Source: Octopus sinensis (lineage: Eukaryota). Taken from it: DNA of 64,000 nt. The stretch covers positions 49,848,001-49,912,000 of the forward strand of contig NC_043012.1 of NCBI RefSeq assembly GCF_006345805.1, in the 5' to 3' direction. A program made the position numbers and the translations under genes. Each line of letters starts with the position of its first letter. Within the stretch, counting starts at the first letter, position 1. This document shows, in pieces, positions 56,377 to 64,000 of the stretch. Below the pieces are notes generated by a model that searched no databases, was not told where the DNA came from, and was given only the letters and a program-made list of their open reading frames with translations.

Positions 56377-56744
56377 ACCATATATCCATACTGGAAGGAT
56401 TTCTGGTAATAATATGCGGCAATTTATATTTGATCCTCGAGAAGACAATCCGTCTTTAAAATTTTTGAGAGCTAGACCGCCTATTTCCAGCCGTACACTA
56501 AACAAATGGATTAGAAGAAATAGAGAAGTACCCCCAAAATAGCTCATAAGAAACCATTATATAAAATAGTGAGTGCATTTATAAAATACTCCTTACCGTC
56601 ATTTAAGAAATTTTTTATTAAAATACGTAAATGCTATCAAATCATAAGTTGCCTCTAATTGAGTTGTTCCCTAAACATTTCTTTATATATCTTCATGTTT
56701 GTTCAAATTGTTTGCGTTACTATAGGTGAGAATGTGTGGAAAGA

Positions 56745-56883
56745 AGCTTACTTTCTAATCACTTGGTTTCGGGTTCAGTCTCATCGCGTGCCATTTTGAG
56801 CAGGTGCCTTCTTCTAGAGCCTCGAAACAAAGTTTTGTGAGTAGAATTGGTAGACAGACATTGGAAGAAGCCCGTCGTGTGTG

Positions 56884-56942
<59 letters not shown>

Positions 56943-57090
56943 CTTATATATATATATATGCATATGTTAGTGCGCGCGTGTGTGCATGCATGTGTGTGCG
57001 TGAACGTCTGTGTGTGAGTGTGGGTGCCTCTGTCTGTTTTTTGTGTGATTGTACTTACTACGGCTTGACAACTGGTGTTGATGTGGTGTG
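56745..57090 (+). mobile_element. SINE group A, 3'-truncated, with internal microsatellite
   Basis: TGGTTTCGGGTTCAGTC...GTGAGTAGAATTGGTAGACAGAC..GAAGAAGCCCGTCG(TA)n...GCTTGACAACTGGTGTTG. Confidence 0.8.
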
Positions 57091-57331
57091 TACACAGTTT
57101 GGCAAAAATCCTGAATCAATACGTAACAGGCTGAAAAAGAAAAAAAAATGAGTATTTTCATGGGATCATTCGACAGCAAATTTTTCAAGGCAATACTCCT
57201 GCATGGCTGCATTTTAATGACTGAAATAAGTCAAATAAAAAAGATTTTTTGCATTTGCATTAATAGTCTTATTTTTGCTTTAACTTTTGAATTTAATCCT
57301 TTTTATAACAATACTATTTCACCTTATCTAC

Positions 57332-57771
57332 TTTACCCGATGGTTTCATTTCAGCTTTTCTTTAGGCCGTATGCAGAGTTCCCATTTCTGATTTCAGTGG
57401 ATCTGTTATTAAATTTTATTAGCTACAGTGTGACTATGTTAATGTAAGCGATGAGAATATAACCCAGCCGTTAAACAAGTACCACATGTGAAGCAATTAC
57501 ATTCAATTTTCAGCATTTAGTATAATATATCCACGAAACATTTACACATAATATTTCTAAATTTGTATCTTATAAAGTGTGAAACTATATTTTATAGCGC
57601 CATAGATTATTTCACATAATCATATTTTAATTCGAAACAAAATTCACATGGTTTCTAATATTAAGTTCAAATTCTGACATCAATAAAATTTAGTAACAAA
57701 TCCACTGGAATCAGAAATGGGAATTCTGCACGCGCCCTGAAAAAAAGCTGAATTGAAACTACCGGATAAAA
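57332..57771. repeat. Inverted repeat, about 90-nt arms (MITE-like)
   Basis: 57332-57420 versus reverse complement of 57682-57771; the ORF track shows AEFPFLI.VDLLLNFI on both strands. Confidence 0.9.
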
Positions 57772-57799
57772 ACTTGAACTTAATATTAAAATAGATTTA

Positions 57800-58615
57800 C
57801 CTTTCCATGTATTGTAGGGGAAAGGTAAGTCGATTACATCGGCCCCTATTTCTGACATTTATTTTATCAGCCTAAAAAGAAAGACAAAGTCTCTTTTAAC
57901 AGAATTTGAACTCAGAAAGCAAAGACGGATGAAATGCTTAATGAAGCAAGTCGGCGTGCTAAAGATCCTGCCAGTTCACCGCCTTCGACAAATAGTAATA
58001 TTCATTTCAAATTTTGGCACGAGGCCAACAATTTCAAGTGAAGAGTCATTCGAAAACATCGATCCCAGTGCTCAACTGAGGATTATTTCATCGACTCCAA
58101 AAGGATAAAGCAATGCCGATCTTGGCGGAATTTGAACTAAGAACATGCAGACGTACGAAATATCGCTAAGCATTGCGTCTGGCGTATTAACGATTCTGCC
58201 AGCTCACCTCCTTCATTAAATAGTAATATTAGAAACAATCTGAGGGCGGTGAGCTGGCAGAGTCGTTAGCACGCCGACTAAATGTTTAGCAGCATTTTGT
58301 CCGTCTTTAGGAAGGAGACTTTGCATTTCATTCTTTAAAGATCAGTAAAATAAGTTCCATTTGAATATCTGGGTCGATGTAATTGACTTAGATCCTTTTC
58401 CAAAATCGCTCACCTTATTCCAAAGTTTAAAAACAATATTTGTATTTGGTGAAGGCGGCGAACTAGCAGAATTTTCAGTATGCCGGGTAAAATACTCAGC
58501 GGCATTCCGTCAAATTCCACCAAGGCTAACTTTGTCTGTCATCCTTTTGAGATCGAAGAAATAAGTATTAGTTGAGCAGCGGAGTCAATGTACTCCACTT
58601 GCTGGCTCTGAGCCA
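57800..58615. mobile_element. Cluster of four group B SINEs: two minus (57800-57986, 58003-58215), two plus (58243-58420, 58450-58615)
   Basis: Each carries the AAGGCGGYGARCTRGCAG head or its reverse complement. Confidence 0.8.
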
Positions 58616-59705
58616 AAAGGTAACATCAATATTACTATTTGTCGCGATTTATGCTCTCGGTATCAATAACCAGTCGTGGGACATGCATCTGTTTCTTAGA
58701 AACAAGTGACCATTTATCAACACAGAAGGATAAAATTTAACACACATACTCTCATATGATATCTACTAAACATCTGTGACTATTTCCAGGTATAAAAAAA
58801 AATTCATCTGAATTTTATTAAATGGAAATTCTGTGAAATCAAGTTAAGTCCATAACAAACCCTATCGGTAACTTAGTTTCATTTCGTAGTTGTTAATATA
58901 TTTCCGTTCAGTTGTTATCGTTGTTGAAAAGACACGGATGACCCAGTTCCCTATAGACAATACAACTTTAATCAAACCTCCATCGATCCCAGAAATATGA
59001 TTATCCAAGCGGAAAATTTAAACGTTTGATGTGTAACTCAAGTGAATTCCCTTTATGAATAACTCGAACAAATACTCATCAGATTGAATCTTATAATCTC
59101 TTCAGAATTTCTATAAAAAGTTGGTAAGGTCATATTTTAACAATCGGGTCCCCATCAATCGAGCTTTCAATTCTGTATCATATTACTTATCACTACTACT
59201 TGCAGCAAAATAATTGTCACAATGATCCATAAGTTTGTATGCATCTCATAAAGACAAAGAAAACGGTGTTTTGAAACCCAGACAAACACGATAAAGATGT
59301 GTTTGACATATATTGACCATGCTTCTGAAAGGGACATCATTTTCTCAGAGAGTTTGTTTTAGTTTTGATAAAGAGAAGTTAGTACGATTATAAAAATGAT
59401 AAAAAAATGAAGAAAAAATATTATTATGAATCCATATAGTATATTGTCTCTGTTCCGGATATTTGCTACGATCTAATGAACAAAATCTTATATTTCTCGA
59501 GGGAGATGTTAAATCTATAATATTGTTTACTACGTCTATCAAGTTCAATGCAATATCATAGTCTTTATCTACAGACGAAACTTTCATCAGATGTTGCTTT
59601 CATTTTCGAAATTGATTGTGATAATTCATGCGAACATATCTTGCTATTTAACTCTTTTCATACATCATTCAACCAGTGTATTAAAGTAAAAGTAATGTCC
59701 CATAA

Positions 59706-59780
59706 GAGTCGCAGCTGACTGAGTCGACACGGTAACGGCTTGTAGATCGAAGTGTCTAAGTTCGTACCACGACACTGGTA
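59706..59780 (+). pseudogene. tRNA-like relic (Tyr-like anticodon arm)
   Basis: GGCTTGTAGATCG resembles GGACTGTAGATCC; AAGTTCGTACC is B-box-like; cloverleaf is poor. Confidence 0.2.
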
Positions 59781-60889
59781 CTGCATTGCGGTTGTAGGAG
59801 AGAAAAGTCTTCGTTGCTCACGGAATCTGGCTCTAAATTAGTATAGTAAGCCCTTAGAACTCACCGCTATATAATTATTTTGTTAAACAGGGACTATACA
59901 GTTTTCCTTTTACATCAGTGTTGCTGCGTTCAAATCTATTTAAGGGGAAGACAACTCAGAATTAGTTGAGTGTTTCAACTCCTATATCACTTACATTAAA
60001 TCTAAATTATACGGTTGAACTCCAAAGCCAGACAGAATTACGTGACTAAACATCATTGTCTTTAACTTATTATTTGATGTTTAAGGCAGTAATATTCAAG
60101 AAGCCATTAAAAAAGGCGAACATCGGAATGGTAGCTTTTGATGTCACAAAATCTATTGGAGAACTGTCAGAATAGCAATGTGACATAACAAAGCGATTGT
60201 TCATTAAAACTATTCTCACTGCAAATAGAAGAGAACTGAATCACTAAAGGGTAGCTGATTAAGCTATGTGGCCTGAATTTTTCTCACTTTCCCTGGGCAG
60301 CATAAATACACTGGCAGTAGCTAATTCATGTTAAGCCAGGGCTACACTTAAATTGAAATAAAATTAAACAGGAAAAATATGTTTCTCTAGCGGTAACTAA
60401 TACTTAATGCCCTCAAAAACGGATGGGGTCACAATGCTGAAAGAAAGAAGGCTTCATCTATATAGTATAAATATATTTCGTTGGAGTATTTTATGACGTA
60501 CCCTACACCTGAAAGTCATTTCTTCTTATCTATACTTAATCTAAGTCTAACAAAAGTATTAAATTAATGACATAGTTTGTTAACTAGAGTAAAAAAATTA
60601 AAAAGTAGGAAAATAAATTCATGAAAGAACATTTCCATAAAAGTTGTGATGGGTAATATACCTCTACCATGGAAGCAGTTTTAGATACAGAATTTTTTAA
60701 TAGTAAAATAAGAACATATATTAATAGCATTATTTGAAAGTTTGTATCGTATTTTTTCCTATGAAATATAATTTTATTAAATTAAATTTAAAAGCTTTTC
60801 ATGAGAAATTCCAGTACTTTTTCACAGAGCCGTAGAACTCACTCCAGAAAAGTATTAATTTACATTGCCGTTGTTTAATAATGGGGATC

Positions 60890-61285
60890 GTTTCAGTCAT
60901 TAAACTACGGCCATGCTGGAGTACCGCCTTGAGGAATTTTAATCGAACTAATCGGTTCCAGTACTTATTTTCTTTTTAAATGTGGTTCTTATTTTATCGG
61001 CGTCTTTTACCGAACCGCTACGTGACAAGGACATAAACACACCAGCACTTGTTGTCAAGAAGTGCTGAGAAATAAAAATAGGCATAAAGACACTCACACA
61101 TACACGCACACACACATATATACAAGTTTCTTTCAATTTTTGTCAACCAAATCGACACATAATGCTTTAGTTTGCCTGAGGCCAACTTACCGAGGGTACT
61201 ATTTACCAAAGGTACCACCAGTGGGAGTGAACCTGGCACAATATGACTGAGAAACAAACTTCCTACCACGTAGCCACGCCTTCGC
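60890..61285 (-). mobile_element. SINE group A, old full-length copy
   Basis: CGGCCATGCTGGAGTACCGCC tail, (CA) middle, TTTCTTTCAATTTTTGTCAACCAAATC head region. Confidence 0.75.
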
Positions 61286-64000
61286 TTACACAACCTCACC
61301 TGACGTGTATATTTTATTACAATATATATTATATTTCATAAAATCTGATTTTAAGGATTTCTTTAATTGCGTTAGACTTTAAAATCTGTTGATGCCTGAT
61401 TTAGGTGATCAATACAATGTTCTTTATTATGCGGACCACAGAGAGAAGAAAGAAAAACCAAACTCAGTCGGATTTGAACGAAAAGTGGAGAAATCAGATT
61501 TTTTCAAACGTTTAATGTGATGTTCTACTGCCCCTGGTATTTTACCACCTTTGAAGTTAAGCATAATGCGACATGTAATAATTCTTTTAAAAGTTTTCAA
61601 ATTTCTTTTGTAAACCAATTAATGAATAGATTAATAAAAAGATTAATCAAAGCAGTGAAAAAATTTTCATACAAAAGAAAAACAAAATGAATAAATAAAA
61701 TATTAGCATGTAAATAATTTCCTTCAATAATTATATTTCTAATTAACTTTTAGTTACAGAAGATAGTTGTATTAATTAGCAAAATCACAGGCAATTTTCG
61801 AATGAAAGCAAAAAGAAAAGAAAAAGAAAAAAATAGGCCCGAGTAAGATACATTGTCGTTTATTTTTCACAAGTTATACATGGTGATGCAAAGAACTTTC
61901 TTCATATACTTAATAAAATAAAGTTAAAAGGGATGCATCAATAAAAACAAATTGGCAGCTAATTAAAGGATTATTTATAAGTAATTAACTTCAATGCAGA
62001 AATAATAGTTGTAAACATTCATTTTTCATAGATATCGTATGTTTGATATATTAGCTAAATCAGCGATTAATATTTTTCAGACCTATTGACCGATTAATAG
62101 GCCAGACAACAAGATATGTGAGTTCGTGTCATGAAACTGGTATTTATTTGGTTATTCTGATTAATACTACTTACCTCAATAAAAGCATTCATTTGTAATT
62201 AAGAAAGATAAACAGTGCATATGAACCTTGATTCATTCTTTCTTTGAATATGAACACTGTAATACAAATAGTTGTGTGTCTAGTGTATTTGTAATAAAAT
62301 GGTAATTTTGATAATTTCCAGTGCTTTCACTTTTTGAAATAAACACTATAGAATAATTTGCTTTGATTAAAACCAATTTAAAAAAAATTGTTCTCATTAA
62401 TTTTTACCTTAGCAAGCAAAAGGGAAAACACCATACGTTGATAGACGTATATTCGTCGCGATGTCTAATGACGCACAAGCACTTGAATTGATTTCCAAAG
62501 ATGATGAACTAATGAACAGTATTTTCTGTCTAGAAAAGTTATAAGGTATTCCACTAGTTTCGAGGGTAAGCATTCAATTGTTCCAACAACTAAACTCCCT
62601 ATTCAATGAATTGGCGTAGATATGACTGAGTATTTCACAGACGTGTGTATCACCAACATAATCCTGAAGAATAACCAGTGTCACAGTCTATGACAAGGGT
62701 GGACATTTTGATTACAAATACAATCCATCCGACGGTATTCCATTATGTTTTCGCATACCGTTTTCACTCGCAGAGGTCGAATCGACCCAAACAGTAACAA
62801 CGACAAGAACAGCAACAATAATTCATCACTTCCTTAGCAATTCCCCTGACTCTATAGATTAGATTAATGCCTGTGTCTCCGATTCTCTGCATTGTTGGCC
62901 ATTATTCTAACTAAATCGTGCTGGCCATTAAACGAAGACATTAGATTTATTTAAAGTTTTAAATTATTCTTCATGCTGTTATTAAGGACACGAAAAGGAC
63001 CTGCAGGTGTAAAACTATTGTGATGAATGTAAATGAATACTTCATTCAGTTTCAGCATTCAGATCATCAAAGGTTACTTTAAAACAGACATGTTTAAGAT
63101 TTTCATCGAATATACTCCTATTGTAAATATTCATTATGCTAAATTATTACTTGTAAATAATAGAACCCAGCTATTTACTCTTTACGTTTTTGCAAAAACC
63201 CTTCTAATATACACTGTGATATTCAGAGTAGTAGAATCGTCATCTCGATATTTACAGTCACATTCCAGCCGTTGCCTGTTCCGGCTATATTCAAGTCTCT
63301 CATGTTCCTTAATTTTCACGGAATTTGAAACCGAACTCTATTTAATTCACGGTGGTAAATTGCTATCATTCTATTGAACATATCAAAGACGTTTTAATAT
63401 ATTACTTATTCTATTACTTGTGATGTTGCAAGATAGCTACGCTTCAACTAAAATAAATGAAATTTAACTTAGCACAAATTAAATTCAAGGCCACTAACAT
63501 ATCTTTGGATCAATGCTTATAGTCTGAATTCCATTCTGCCGCAGAAGAATAAGAGAATAAGAATTAGAAACTTCAAACCGAACATTATTTAATTACTGAC
63601 GTGGGTTTAAGCCTCGTTGTTAATCAAAGTTACCATACTGTATTCATCTACATTCTCGGTCTACTGAAGAGTTTATTAAAACCTATAACATATGTTGATT
63701 ATTTCAGTCTTCTAGTGTTGTTCTGTATCTATTGCTTTGGCTACATTTTGCAGTCATGACCGATTTTTGTAACTTTCCAAAGGCTTTACGATATTCATCA
63801 AAATTTCTTTTTAGCAAAATGTGTTCCCACCTTCATAATAACTGCCACATCTATACAGTACAGAACACATACAGTTTTGATTAATAATCTCTTCTGGTAG
63901 AAACCTTTTTCTGGATCGGTGTCCCCGACGTATAGGGTTTCTTTCGATGTTTTCATGTGGTATGGGCCAAATATATGGTACGACCATTTAATTCAGTTTC

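Noticed and set aside
56254-56547. Overlapping ORFs on both strands; GGLALKNF resembles an L1 motif
   Set aside because: A single short motif with no supporting flanks.
62550-62580. Minus-strand CGAAACUAGU with palindromic stem III
   Set aside because: No valid core, and the cleavage triplet would be GUG.

Overview
AT-rich, microsatellite-saturated eukaryotic DNA, either intergenic or deep intronic. I find no supportable host protein-coding gene, and almost every ORF in the track is a translated microsatellite. The repeat content points to a coleoid cephalopod, probably Octopus (inference). It includes three tRNA-derived SINE groups (about 20 copies), RLE-type (R4/Dong-like), RTE, Tx1/L1 and CR1/L2-like LINE fragments, two Penelope-like element (PLE) fragments, a decayed mariner, a maT-like transposase and MITE/HINE-like elements. 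The best signals are RNA-structural. There is a canonical type I hammerhead ribozyme at 41661-41757 (+) just downstream of a CRE/TATA promoter. A rare U3-A8 core-variant hammerhead lies at 12775-12825 (-) in the 3' region of a GIY-YIG PLE, and two or three decayed hammerheads occur elsewhere. The window also holds several long fold-back inverted repeats and SINEs with mix-and-match heads and tails. All alignments and folds were done by eye; no database searches were run.
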